Shown here: in pieces, positions 19,098 to 28,817 of the stretch | Position numbering within the stretch: the stretch's first letter is position 1 | How the letters are laid out: each line of letters starts with the position of its first letter | Origin: Candidatus Midichloria mitochondrii IricVA | GTDB lineage: Bacteria; Pseudomonadota; Alphaproteobacteria; Rickettsiales; Midichloriaceae | DNA: 32,000 bases | Direction of reading: 5' to 3' | Assembly (NCBI RefSeq): GCF_000219355.1 | Contig: NC_015722.1 | Coordinates: forward strand, 30,001-62,000 | The notes under the pieces: generated by a model | Database searches by the model: none | Seen by the model: only the letters and a program-made list of their open reading frames with translations | What the model was told of the DNA's origin: nothing | Made by a program: the position numbers and the translations under genes

Positions 19098-20789
19098 TTG
19101 ATGGGAAAGTGTGTTAGCGTAAATTCTCAACAACTAATTTTAGAAGGTTTTATGACCCAAAGTGTGTTTAATTTAACAAGTTTAAATGGCAAAATGGTTT
19201 TGCTATTAATGGCATTTATCAAGGTGATCAGGCAGGATTTTCGGTATCTTCAGCAGGAGATACAAATGGTGATGGTAAAGATGATCTGGTTATTGGTGCT
19301 ATTGGTGTTGATAGTTATGCAGGAGCAGCATACGGTAATTTTGGATCCATATTCTTCTGAGGACGCATCTTTTAATGATTTTCAGTGGTGATATTACTAC
19401 CTTAGTCTAGTATGGGTATATACCACCCCCTTCTGCTATAAACGTAGAATTTTGCTTCTCACTGCTTTGAGAGCAATTGGCAGCTCTTTGGCCAAGGGCA
19501 GCGTCCAAAAATCCACCCGGGGGCGCCAAATTTCCCCTTTTGCAACGAGAGGCTTTGGGAATAACTCTGTCTGTAGCAGATTATCTCTTATAGTAAATTC
19601 AGTTGAGCTCAAAAATGATGGAGCGAGCAACTCTTCATTTGTTAGAGATATGGTGGTTTTAAATGGGATTTGGTAATACTTGCATATTGCGATCTTTTAG
19701 TTTAGTGTCCTACTGTGAAGATTTTTTAGCCAGCTGTTTAAAGCTTAGGTTGTTTATCAATTAACTGTTTAATGTTTTATACATGTTTACCGTTGCTCAA
19801 AGTTATAATGCTGGAACTAATCCTAGAGATATAATACTGCTGACTTTAAGATTTAGTAGTTACTAATACTGCTTTAAGTAATGTTTCTATTACTAGGAGT
19901 AGGAGATGGTACTTTTCTACCGGCAATAAATTATGATGCCCAAGCTCATCAATTTGGAATGGCTGCGAGCGACTTTAATTCGGACGGCTACTTTATAGAT
20001 AGTGGTTGCCAGTTCTACTCAGGGCACTGTATCGGTACTGTTAGGAAATGGAGGTGGGTGCTTTTTTAAAGCTGCTGTAAATTATAATGTTGGGCATAAT
20101 TCAAATGGTATAGCGGTAGGTGATTTTAATGAGGACAGATACCCTGATATAACTGTGCCCAATGGGGTCTGCAGGTACTACTATTTATGTTTTAATAAAT
20201 CGAGGAGATGGGACCTTTTTTTACCCGCTACGACTTTTGGCGTGAGCAGCTATCCCTCCAGGCTCCTTAATGAGGATTTTAACATGATAGTCATTTGGAT
20301 ATAGAGTAACTAGTAATTATGGTGCAAATACCATTTCTGTATTATTGGGAAATGGCAACGGTACTTTTAGAGAGGCAGCAAATTATAGTACGGGCAATTT
20401 TCCTGTTGGTATTACAACAATTGACCTTAATAACGATAGTAAATTGTTGGTTCTGGGCCTTATGTGGGAATAGTCGCTGGTGATTTTGATGATGATAATA
20501 AATATGATATAGCAGTGACCTCGTTAATATTGGTGTACCTATATTGATGGGTAATGGCAATGGAACCCTTCAGGCTCCGATGAGGGAGGTTTTTTTTTAT
20601 GGCGCAGCAGAAATTGTTAGTGATACCTTTGCTTCTGGGCTTACTATCGGCGATTTCAACAAGGACGGTAAGTCAGATCTTGCCACTGCTAACTATGATT
20701 CTAATACCGTCTCTGTACTACTGAATATTGCGGTCTAGCCCACTATAACAACTGAACCAACCACTACAACTACTAGTCTTTGTACTAAG
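19098..20789 (+). pseudogene. Large FG-GAP/VCBS repeat protein, heavily frameshifted, with an unrelated insert of about 300 bp and 3' end abutting IS982
   Basis: The N-terminal integrin-type FG-GAP unit is LTSLNGKNGFAINGIYQGDQAGFSVSSAGDTNGDGKDDLVIGAIGVDSYAGAAY (19140-19330). From 19750 on there are at least 7 VCBS units of the form (A/G)DFN.DG..D....N....VSVLLGNG.GTF....NY..G spread over all three frames, ending ..DLATANYDSNTVSVLLNIAV(stop). Confidence 0.75.
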
Positions 20790-21694
20790 TTAACCCCAGT
20801 TTGAGGTAAGTTTAAAGAAATTACCTGATATGGTTTTAAAGAAGCTGTGTAACCATTAAGTTTCTCTCAATTTCACGATAAATAAGGAAAGTGGTTCCCC
20901 TAGTAGAAATATTTTGTTTGATTGATGATTTTTGCAAGCAACAACTCATGCATCGAAGATCCTTAAGAAACTCGCAGAGACAAAGGGAACGAGAGTCTGG
21001 GATGATGCTTTCCGAAGTTATAACGATCCTCGTTTTGTTTCATTTGAGGGCATTACCGGATTCAAAGATTTTTACCTAAACTGTGTTCAAATCTCTCCCA
21101 GAGAGGAATTGCCGAAGCTTATCAGCTACAATCGCTTTGTTGAGCTGGATGCGAGACGCGGTCATTCCGTTGGTCATTCTGCTGAATTGCTGCAAAGGGA
21201 AACAAACAGGTACGTTGACTCAACAAAAAGCTGGAAAAGGTTTGTCATAACTCACGTACTAGCAGTAATAAGGTCTTTAAAGGCATCGCTCAGCGTGGGA
21301 AAACGTCGACCCGGATGGTTCTTTGGCCTCAATGATCAAGGAGAGATTATGTCATTCACACTGACTTCGGGTAATACAGATGATCGAGCCGTTGTCGAAA
21401 AACTGACTCAATATTTGACAGGCCTTCTATTCGGAGATCGGTGGTATATAAGCAAAAACACTGAGCAATCAAGGTATTGAGCTCATCACACGGCTTAAGA
21501 AAAACATGAAAAACAAAACCCGGCTTGCGGCTTTTAAACAACTGCTTCTTGCAGGGCGTGGATTGATTGAAACAGCCATCGGACAAATTTCTTGGCAGAC
21601 CTCTTTCTCAGGGCTCTTGGCTTATGTCTTCAAACCCGGTATATCTCATGGAAAAATAGGCTCACGGGCATACTCCTTACGTCAAACTGAGGTT
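20790..21694 (+). mobile_element. IS982-family element of about 905 bp with both termini, frameshifted, small deletion in the 3' region
   Basis: ttaaccccagtttgaggtaag ... cttacgtcaaactgaggtt. Track ORFs 20891..21079 and 20932..21480 are transposase frames. About 40-50 bp of the LKEICQIQH..RHRS region is absent (ETAIGQ joined to ISWQTSF). Confidence 0.9.
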
Positions 21695-21839
21695 TTAATA
21701 GGCATTATCTAGAGCTAGTTTTAATCGAAAAACAAAGCGCTATAGCAAATCCCTGAGGATGCTTTGCGCTGCTCTTACCCTCTTCTTCCATAAGCATTTG
21801 CCGGATTTGAAACTTCTATCTATAATATTAGGCAATGCC
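21695..21839 (+). mobile_element. IS1-family element, terminal 3' fragment (same junction to IS982 as at 1259/1260)
   Basis: ttaataggcattatctagagctagttttaatcg...tctataatattaggcaatgcc is near-identical to 1260-1403. Confidence 0.8.
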
Positions 21840-22492
21840 CCCCCTGAAATTGATCTATATTTTTGCCGAATACTTGGGCCATAAGTAACCAAAAAAAATA
21901 TAGCACAAACAAACGAGTAACAGCAAAAAATATATTCCAAGGGTATATACCCTACCTACTGTTCCCATAGTAGAGGCTGCATCTATATCGGTCGCGAAAA
22001 TAGTTGCGATATAACTATATCAGGAAAATTTCTTCCCCCTAAGATGTTTTGATGGATTTAGATTTATGCAACCCAGCTTTTATGCAGATTAAAAAGTAAA
22101 AAATGACGATTACAACATCAATTATATGTACATTATGCATACCTCCTCCCTATGCGTGTTTATTGGCGGTCTTGCTGGCATTCTTAGTAAATATACAACA
22201 TATATCTTGTGCGTTGTACATAATCGCTTTCGCTGGTATAGTAATGCACCGCCACCTTAGAAAATAAGCCGACCGCTCTAAAGATTTATTGCACTTTGGG
22301 TCCCATGTAAGCCCTTGCCACTTCTTACAACTTATTTACCCCTACTTACAAAAGCATCAGACAATCTACAATACCTTCTGTGTATAAATTTGACTCACCA
22401 AAAAATCAAACAGAATTATTTTTTGTTGCAATATTATTCATTAGCCGTATTTTTATTTTGGTGAATTTATTTTCAAGAGGCTAAAAAAGAAG

Positions 22493-23767
22493 ATGGCAAT
22501 CCCGATACTGATGCCTGCATTATCTCCGACTATGACTGAAGGGAATTTAACAAAATGGCTTAAAAAAGAAGGTGATAAAGTCTCTCCTGGGCAAATTATG
22601 GCAGAAATTGAAACTGATAAAGCCATAATGGAGATGGAGGTAGTTGATTCTGGAATAATAGGAAAAATTTTAGTACCTGAAGGTACGAGCGAAGTAAAAA
22701 TCAATGCTTTAATAGCAGTACTCCTTGAAGAAGGAGAAGGCCCAGACTCCATACAAACTATAATTGAACAACATAGCAGTAGTACTGCTCAAATAAAAAC
22801 CGCGCCCACCGCCCAGCAACAAGGGGTTTCATTAAGCTCTAACCAGTCTACAGCACACTCAAAACCAGAAAGAGTTGTTGCAAGTCCACTAGCCAAAAGG
22901 ATTGCTGAACAAAATAATATAGACTTGTCCTCGATTAGTGGCAGCGGACCCTATGGTAGAATTATCAAATCTGATGTTTTAAAGTTTGCAGAAAACCGAA
23001 AAGCAGATGGCGGAGCCACTAACACTATACTTCCTATTGCTTCCTCTACTTATGGACGCAACCCGAAAGAATTTGAAAAGCTACCTGTAGCTGGAGTTCG
23101 TAAAGTAATTGCAAAAAGGTTACTCGAATCAAAACAAACCATACCTCATTTTTATGTGACGATTTCCTGTGAGTTAGATAATTTGCTAACCTTACGGAAG
23201 CAGATTAACGATTCAGCAAAAGAAATAGATGGTAAGCCAATATATAAAGTTTCTGTTAATGATTTAGTTATAAAAGCAACAGCGAAAGCTATGAAGCTTG
23301 TACCAGCAGCTAATTCTTCTTGGGATAATGATCATATTATCCAATATAATAATATCGATATTTCTGTCGCGGTATCAACAGACGGGGGCTTAATTACTCC
23401 TATTATAAGGAATGCTGATCAAAAAAGTATCGTCGATATCTCTGAAGAGATGAAAAGCTTAGCCGCAAGAGCACGAACCAATAAACTAAAGCCCGAAGAA
23501 TTTCAAGGAGGTGGCCTCAGTATTTCAAATTTAGGTATGTATGGCATTGATAAGTTTGATGCAATAATAAACCCACCACAATCTTGTATTATGGCAGTTG
23601 GCGCTGGTATCGCAAGGCCCGTTGTAAAAAATGGGAAAATTGAGATCGCAACGGCAATGGAAATCACCTTATCCTGTGATCATAGAATTATCGATGGAGC
23701 TATTGCTGCTAAATTTGCTAACGCTTTCAAAAAATTTATTGAAAATCCTGTTTTAATGTTGATTTAA
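22493..23767 (+). CDS. pdhC: Pyruvate dehydrogenase E2 component (dihydrolipoamide acetyltransferase)
   Basis: 424-aa intact ORF. Lipoyl domain MPALSPTMTEGNLTKWLKKEGDKV..IETDKA, E3-binding domain ASPLAKRIAEQNNIDLSSISGSGPYGRI, and catalytic domain with DHRIIDGA. Confidence 0.95.
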   Translation: MAIPILMPALSPTMTEGNLTKWLKKEGDKVSPGQIMAEIETDKAIMEMEVVDSGIIGKILVPEGTSEVKINALIAVLLEEGEGPDSIQTIIEQHSSSTAQIKTAPTAQQQGVSLSSNQSTAHSKPERVVASPLAKRIAEQNNIDLSSISGSGPYGRIIKSDVLKFAENRKADGGATNTILPIASSTYGRNPKEFEKLPVAGVRKVIAKRLLESKQTIPHFYVTISCELDNLLTLRKQINDSAKEIDGKPIYKVSVNDLVIKATAKAMKLVPAANSSWDNDHIIQYNNIDISVAVSTDGGLITPIIRNADQKSIVDISEEMKSLAARARTNKLKPEEFQGGGLSISNLGMYGIDKFDAIINPPQSCIMAVGAGIARPVVKNGKIEIATAMEITLSCDHRIIDGAIAAKFANAFKKFIENPVLMLI

Positions 23768-23778
23768 GAAGGTGAATT

Positions 23779-25173
23779 ATGGAAAAATTTGATGTTGTTG
23801 TGATAGGCGCCGGTCCTGGTGGCTACGTTGCTGCGATCCGAGCAGCACAGCTAGGTTTGAAAACTGCGGTCGTTGAAAGAGAGCATTTAGGCGGCATATG
23901 CCTTAATTGGGGCTGTATACCAACAAAAGCATTATTGCGATCAGCAGAGGTTTATCATTTAGTCAAACATTCTAACGAATTTGGTGTAGAATGCCAAAAC
24001 GTAAAATTTGATTTTTCTAAAATTATAGAACGCTCTAGGCAAGTTTCTAAAAAGCTTGCAGACGGCGTTTCCCAGCTTATGAAAAAAAATAAAATTACAG
24101 TGGTTAATGGAACAGGAAAATTAGCTGGCAAAATGCAAGTGGCCATTTTTGAGCAAGAGAAAAAAGAAATTAATAAAGTAGAAGCAAAAAATGTAATTCT
24201 TGCTACAGGTGCAAGGGCCAGGACATTGCCAGGTTTAGAGCCTGATTCAGATCATATATGGACATATAGAGAAGCGATGGTGCCACAAAAAATGCCCAAA
24301 TCTTTATTAGTCGTAGGTAGTGGAGCAATTGGTGTAGAATTTGCAAGTTTTTACAACATGCTGGGCGTCGAAGTCACTATTATTGAAATTGCAGATAGAA
24401 TTTTAGGCGCTGAGGACGAAGAAATCGCGGCAATTGCTCATAAATCATTTGAAAAAAGAGGGATAAAAATAGTTACTAATGCTCAGATTAAGGAAAGCAA
24501 AAAAGTTAAAGCAGGATCAGAAGTAGTTATTACTACAAAACAAGGAGAGGCTAAGGATACCTTCGAAAAGATAATTGTGGCTGCAGGCATAGTCGCTAAT
24601 ACGGACTCAATAGGATTAGAAAACACCAAAATACAGCTACATAAAGGCTTTATTAAAACAAATGAATATTGCCAGACAGATGAAGCAAATATTTACGCTA
24701 TTGGAGACTTGACCTCTCCGCCATGGCTTGCCCATAAAGCAAGTCATGAAGCAATTATTGCGGTTGAAAAAGTTACTAATAAAAATGCACATCCATTGAA
24801 TAGAAAAAATATACCAGGTTGTACTTACTGTTATCCACAAATTGCAAGCGTTGGGTATACTGAAAAGCAAGCTAGAGAAGCTGGATTTGATGTTAAAATT
24901 GGTAAATTTCCATCTTCAGCAAATGGTAAGGCTATCGCTATGGGAGAAACTGATGGTATGATTAAAACTATCTATGATAAAAAAACTGGGGAATTACTTG
25001 GAGCTCACCTAATAGGGGCAGAAGTTACAGAAATGATCCAAGGCTTCGCTATGGCGAAAACCTTAGAGAGCACTGAGCAAGAAATAATTCAGACTATTTT
25101 CCCTCATCCAACAATGTCGGAAATGATGCATGAGGCGACCCTTGCAGCGTTTAATAGAGCGATTCATATATAG
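23779..25173 (+). CDS. lpdA: Dihydrolipoyl dehydrogenase (E3)
   Basis: 464-aa intact ORF: FDVVVIGAGPGGYVAAIRAAQLG, redox-active disulfide GGICLNWGCIPTKALL, and C-terminal HPTMSE. Confidence 0.95.
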   Translation: MEKFDVVVIGAGPGGYVAAIRAAQLGLKTAVVEREHLGGICLNWGCIPTKALLRSAEVYHLVKHSNEFGVECQNVKFDFSKIIERSRQVSKKLADGVSQLMKKNKITVVNGTGKLAGKMQVAIFEQEKKEINKVEAKNVILATGARARTLPGLEPDSDHIWTYREAMVPQKMPKSLLVVGSGAIGVEFASFYNMLGVEVTIIEIADRILGAEDEEIAAIAHKSFEKRGIKIVTNAQIKESKKVKAGSEVVITTKQGEAKDTFEKIIVAAGIVANTDSIGLENTKIQLHKGFIKTNEYCQTDEANIYAIGDLTSPPWLAHKASHEAIIAVEKVTNKNAHPLNRKNIPGCTYCYPQIASVGYTEKQAREAGFDVKIGKFPSSANGKAIAMGETDGMIKTIYDKKTGELLGAHLIGAEVTEMIQGFAMAKTLESTEQEIIQTIFPHPTMSEMMHEATLAAFNRAIHI

Positions 25174-25503
25174 CTCTAACCTCCCCCCCCTGCCCCCCCA
25201 AACATTCTATAAACCGATTAGCATTATAGGGCTTTTAAGGCGGAATATAGAAAATACTACATCCCGATCTCTAGCCAGTAAAATTACTGCGCCATATTCT
25301 TGCTCCAAAATCCTTCTTTTTGCTTTAAGGAGAAAGTAGCTAGTCACTTGCAAATCCAAATAGGTGTAATGGTAGTAATTAATTTTATAAGTATGATGAT
25401 GAGAAGTACTGCGTACCAATGAAGAATTGGAAAGTTCCCAGCAGAATGCAATTAGCATCCTGTTTACGGCTCGTTTGCTTTTTTACCCCCACGCGGGGGG
25501 GGG

Positions 25504-25735
25504 CCTTACAAGCGAAACCACAAAGGATAGGAGGGCGCGGCTCTGCTTTTACAACTCACTTTAGCTATACATATTAAGCTTATCCTAGATAAAAGTTAAA
25601 TATTTAAGTAGTTACGAAACTCTCCATATTAAAGAAATATACTTTTTTAACTCAAAGGATTAACTATAGCTGAGCGAGTTTGCGCTGAAAGAACATAACC
25701 CGCCTTCCGCCCCCTTTGCAAGCTTCACTTCCAAA
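25504..25735. repeat. Degenerate homologue of the 5681-5953 GC-rich inverted-repeat element
   Basis: gctcgtttgcttttttaccccc..ggggccttacaagcg parallels gcttgtttgcttttcttggtggggcccggtccttacaattg. tagctgagcgagtttgcg..ccgccttccgccccctttgcaagcttca parallels tatagagcgagtttgcc..tccgcctccccccatttgcaactttca. Confidence 0.45.
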
Positions 25736-25755
25736 GCAAGAGGGCTATGTTAAAA

Positions 25756-26699
25756 AACCTCAGTTTGACGTAAGGAGTATGCCCGTGAGCCTATTTTTCC
25801 TGAGATATATTGGGTTTGAAGACATAAGCCAAGAGCCCTGAGAAAGAGGTCTGCCAAGAAATTGTTTGGCGAGCGATGCCGTGGCGCTGGATTTGTCAAA
25901 TCTCTTTCAATTCTCCGATGGCTGTTTCAATCAATCCACGCCCTTGCAAGAAGTAGTTGTTTGAAAGCCGCAAGCCGGGTTTTGTTTTTCTTAAGCCGTG
26001 TGATGAGCTCAATACCTTGATTGCTCAGTGTTTTTGCTTATATACCACCGATCTCCGAATAGAAGGCCTGTCAAATATTGAGTCAGTTTCTCGACAACGG
26101 CTCGATCATCTGTATTACCCGAAGTCAGTGTGAATGACATAATCTCTCCTTGATCATTGAGGCTAAAGAACCATCCGGGTCGACGTTTTCCCACGCTGAG
26201 CGACGCCTTTAAGGACCTTATTACTGCTAATACGTAAGTTATGACAAACCTTTTCCAGCTTTTTGTTGAGTCAACGTACCTGTTTGTTTCCCTTTGCAGC
26301 AATTCAGCAGAATGACCAACGGGATGACCACGTCTCGCATCAGCTCAACAAAGCGATTGTAGCTGATAAGCTTCGGCAATTCCTCTCTGAGAGAGATTTG
26401 AACACAGTTTAGGTAAAAATCTTTGAATCCGGTAATGCCCTCAAATGAAACAAAACGAGGATCGTTATAACTTCGGAAAGCATCATCCCAGACTCTCGTT
26501 TCCTTTGTCTCTGCGAGTTTCTTAAGGATCTTTGGTACGTGAGTTGTCGCTTGCAAAAATCATCAATCAAACAAAATATTTCTACTAGGGGAACCACTTT
26601 CCTTATTTATCGTGAAATTGAGAGAAACTTAATGGTTACACAGCTTCTTTGAAGCCATATCAGATAATTTCTTTAAAACTTACCTCAAACTGGGGTTAA
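25756..26699 (-). mobile_element. IS982-family element, near full length (about 942 bp), frameshifted
   Basis: aacctcagtttgacgtaag ... cttacctcaaactggggttaa. Track ORFs 26409..26597, 26239..26556 and 26009..26302 are transposase frames. Confidence 0.9.
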
Positions 26700-26982
26700 T
26701 CATTGTTAACTCCAAGAAGCTCACATAAGCCTTGGCTCCAAAATTTCTTTGGGCCGCTTTCTTATGGTCGAGTATAAATAAAAACAGGTCCAACAATTAA
26801 CCAATACAAGATTGTCGCTGTGAGTTAGTGTTCATCTATAGGGGTTACAAATTAATCCGAGGTTTGGTCAGTAACGTATTGTTTTATCTAAGCGAATAGC
26901 GGGCTCTTAAGGAGCTACTTTCGAAAATAGCCTGAACAATGTAAGCAACTAAATAAGAAAGGTGGAAAGTTTAAGATTTACA

Positions 26983-27057
26983 TGGTGCCGCCGGCGGGAA
27001 TCGAACCCGCGACCTCTTCATTACCAATGAAGTGCACTACCACTGTGCTACGGAGGC
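26983..27057 (-). tRNA. tRNA-Thr, anticodon GGT, CCA encoded
   Basis: The reverse complement is gcctccg-ta-gcac-agtggta-gtgc-a-cttca-ttGGTaa-tgaag-aggtc-gcggg-ttcgatt-cccgc-cggcggc-a-cca. It forms a clean cloverleaf except for a U4-C69 mismatch in the acceptor stem. Confidence 0.85.
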
Positions 27058-27152
27058 ATAAAAAATAACTTGGTATAGACCTTCTATAAAACAACTTGGC
27101 TCTTTACAAGTCTTTTGTTTACTGAAGAAGGATTATTTTTTATTTTAAGCTT

Positions 27153-27866
27153 CTATTTTATACGCTTAATTGCTCTAACCCAGGCTTCCCAATCTCTTTC
27201 TCCTAAATTTTCTTCAAACGACAATAAGTCATTAACAGCTTTTTGGCAGATTTCTTCTGGTATTCGTAAATAGCCTTTATTCATGCTTAAGGTAATGGCC
27301 TGAGTCTGGCAAGCTTTCTCTAAATGATAGGTATAGAACATAGCTTCTTCAACATGTTGACCACATATTACTGCTCCGTGATGACGCATCAGCATAACTA
27401 TTTTAGAGCCTAAGTCATGGGCAATTTTTTGTCCATGATTTTTATCTAGAACAAGAGAGTTATAAGAATGATAGGCAATGTTGTTGTAAAAATGTAAAGC
27501 CCACTGATTAATTGGTAATAAACCTTCTCTTAATGCGGAGACGGCAGTGATGTAGGGAGTTGTATATGAAAAAACGCAATTGATATCTGGGCGACTTCTA
27601 TAGACTGCAGCGTGAGTTATATAACCAGTTTCATTATAATGTTTTTCTTTGCCTTCTAAAATCTCGCCGTCAAGAGATACCCTGAGCAAGTTTTCAGTGC
27701 CTACTTCTTCAAAACGAAGCCCAAATTGATATATATAAAAACTATCGTTATTAGCTCTTACTGATAAATGAGTATACGTATGATCATCTAACCCAAGATA
27801 AGCAAGTATGTGATATGCCTGTACAAGCTTCTTCTTACGATTTAGTTCGATTAAATCCGCCACCAT
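27153..27866 (-). CDS. Class II aldolase/adducin N-terminal domain family protein
   Basis: 237-aa intact ORF with the family fold signature HLSVR..., [31 protein letters not shown]. It starts 3 nt after the atpF stop. Confidence 0.75.
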   Translation of the reverse strand: MVADLIELNRKKKLVQAYHILAYLGLDDHTYTHLSVRANNDSFYIYQFGLRFEEVGTENLLRVSLDGEILEGKEKHYNETGYITHAAVYRSRPDINCVFSYTTPYITAVSALREGLLPINQWALHFYNNIAYHSYNSLVLDKNHGQKIAHDLGSKIVMLMRHHGAVICGQHVEEAMFYTYHLEKACQTQAITLSMNKGYLRIPEEICQKAVNDLLSFEENLGERDWEAWVRAIKRIK

Positions 27867-27869
27867 ACC

Positions 27870-28349
27870 TTAAGAGACTAATCTACCTAATGTTTCTTTG
27901 AAGTTAAATTTTTCATTGGTAACCGAAATTGGTTTATTAGTTTTTAACAATTCTTTTTCCACCGCTGCAAACACTGTAGTTATTACATACTCCCGTAATT
28001 GAGCAGTTTCAATTTGGTTTTGGTAAATAAGAGATTGCTCGATTATCTCTGCTCTTTTCTGTTCAAGTTCAGCAAGCTTTCTACTCGCTGCAGATTTTAA
28101 ACTCTCAATACGCTTTTTAGTTAAGTCTAAAATTTCAGCGCATTTTTTATCGGTTAATTTATTTTCTTCAACAAGTTCTGCTAAAGCCTTTTCAGCTTCT
28201 TCCCGAATTTTTAAAGATTCGGTTATATCTTTTTGTATTTTATTGATCTTCTCATTAATCATTTTGGCGAAGAGCCTTTTTGTTGGTATAAAAGCTAAGA
28301 CAATAAATGTAATAAAAGAAATTACAATCCAAAGATCAGCTGTAATCAT
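27870..28349 (-). CDS. atpF: F0F1 ATP synthase subunit b
   Basis: 159 aa with a single N-terminal TM helix (LWIVISFITFIVLAFI), then a long charged coiled coil. Last gene of the F0 cluster. Confidence 0.85.
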   Translation of the reverse strand: MITADLWIVISFITFIVLAFIPTKRLFAKMINEKINKIQKDITESLKIREEAEKALAELVEENKLTDKKCAEILDLTKKRIESLKSAASRKLAELEQKRAEIIEQSLIYQNQIETAQLREYVITTVFAAVEKELLKTNKPISVTNEKFNFKETLGRLVS

Positions 28350-28803
28350 TTTTTCTTCCTGAATTTTGATCTAGAGTTAAGGAGGACAAAAGAATTTGTT
28401 TCAATTCTTCAACAATAGCAGGGACGCCTTGAGCTATTTCTAAGTTTCTTAAGTGGGTTAATTCAGCTGCTTTTTCTTTTAAGATCATAGAAATTAGATT
28501 GTCACTTTCAACAGCTTTTGTTTCAAGTATTAATTTAACTTCCCGGTCTGCCTCAAGGTTCATAATTTGTGCGTTTTCATTTGTTGCTCTGAGTTTTGCT
28601 TCCATTACAGTTCTTATTTCTTTAGCTTTTTTGATGTTCTCTTCTGCGGCATTCAAATTATTTTTTATTAAATCTATTCTTGAATTTATGATTTCCTCAA
28701 TTTTTGGAAAAAACAAAAACCGTACCAATGAATAAAGAATAAAGAAGCTGATAAGGAGCCACAGAAACTGAGCTAAGTAAGTAGAAAAGTCAAGCTGAGG
28801 CAT
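28336..28803 (-). CDS. atpF2: F0F1 ATP synthase subunit b' (second b-type subunit, alphaproteobacterial type)
   Basis: 155 aa: MPQLDFSTYLAQFLWLLISFFILYSLV, then a coiled coil. It sits between the subunit c and b genes. Confidence 0.85.
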   Translation of the reverse strand: MPQLDFSTYLAQFLWLLISFFILYSLVRFLFFPKIEEIINSRIDLIKNNLNAAEENIKKAKEIRTVMEAKLRATNENAQIMNLEADREVKLILETKAVESDNLISMILKEKAAELTHLRNLEIAQGVPAIVEELKQILLSSLTLDQNSGRKNDYS

Positions 28804-28817
28804 TTTTCTTCATCTTG

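Noticed and set aside
22104-22268. 54-codon hydrophobic ORF (MTITTSIICTLCIPPPYACLLAVLLAFLVNIQHISCALYIIAFAGIVMH..) in the gap upstream of pdhC
   Set aside because: There is no evident ribosome-binding site and I can assess no conservation. It could be a small membrane protein but is equally explained by chance.
3667-25173. Separation of pdhA-pdhB from pdhC-lpdA by about 17 kb, read as evidence that IS activity split a PDH operon
   Set aside because: In many alphaproteobacteria the E1 genes and the E2/E3 genes are already in separate transcription units or loci. The split cannot be attributed to the IS elements without comparative data.
25183-25503. C8, C7 and G9 homopolymers considered as phase-variation switches
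   Set aside because: They lie in non-coding DNA between lpdA and an IS982 copy, with no adjacent ORF or promoter they could obviously toggle. They are more plausibly part of the degenerate GC-rich repeat element, and are mentioned under that finding.
348-26699. Regularly recurring near-identical sequence that might suggest a CRISPR array or tandem repeat locus
   Set aside because: The repeats are 0.1-0.95-kb IS982 and IS1 copies at irregular multi-kb spacing in both orientations. No short direct repeats alternate with unique spacers anywhere in the window.
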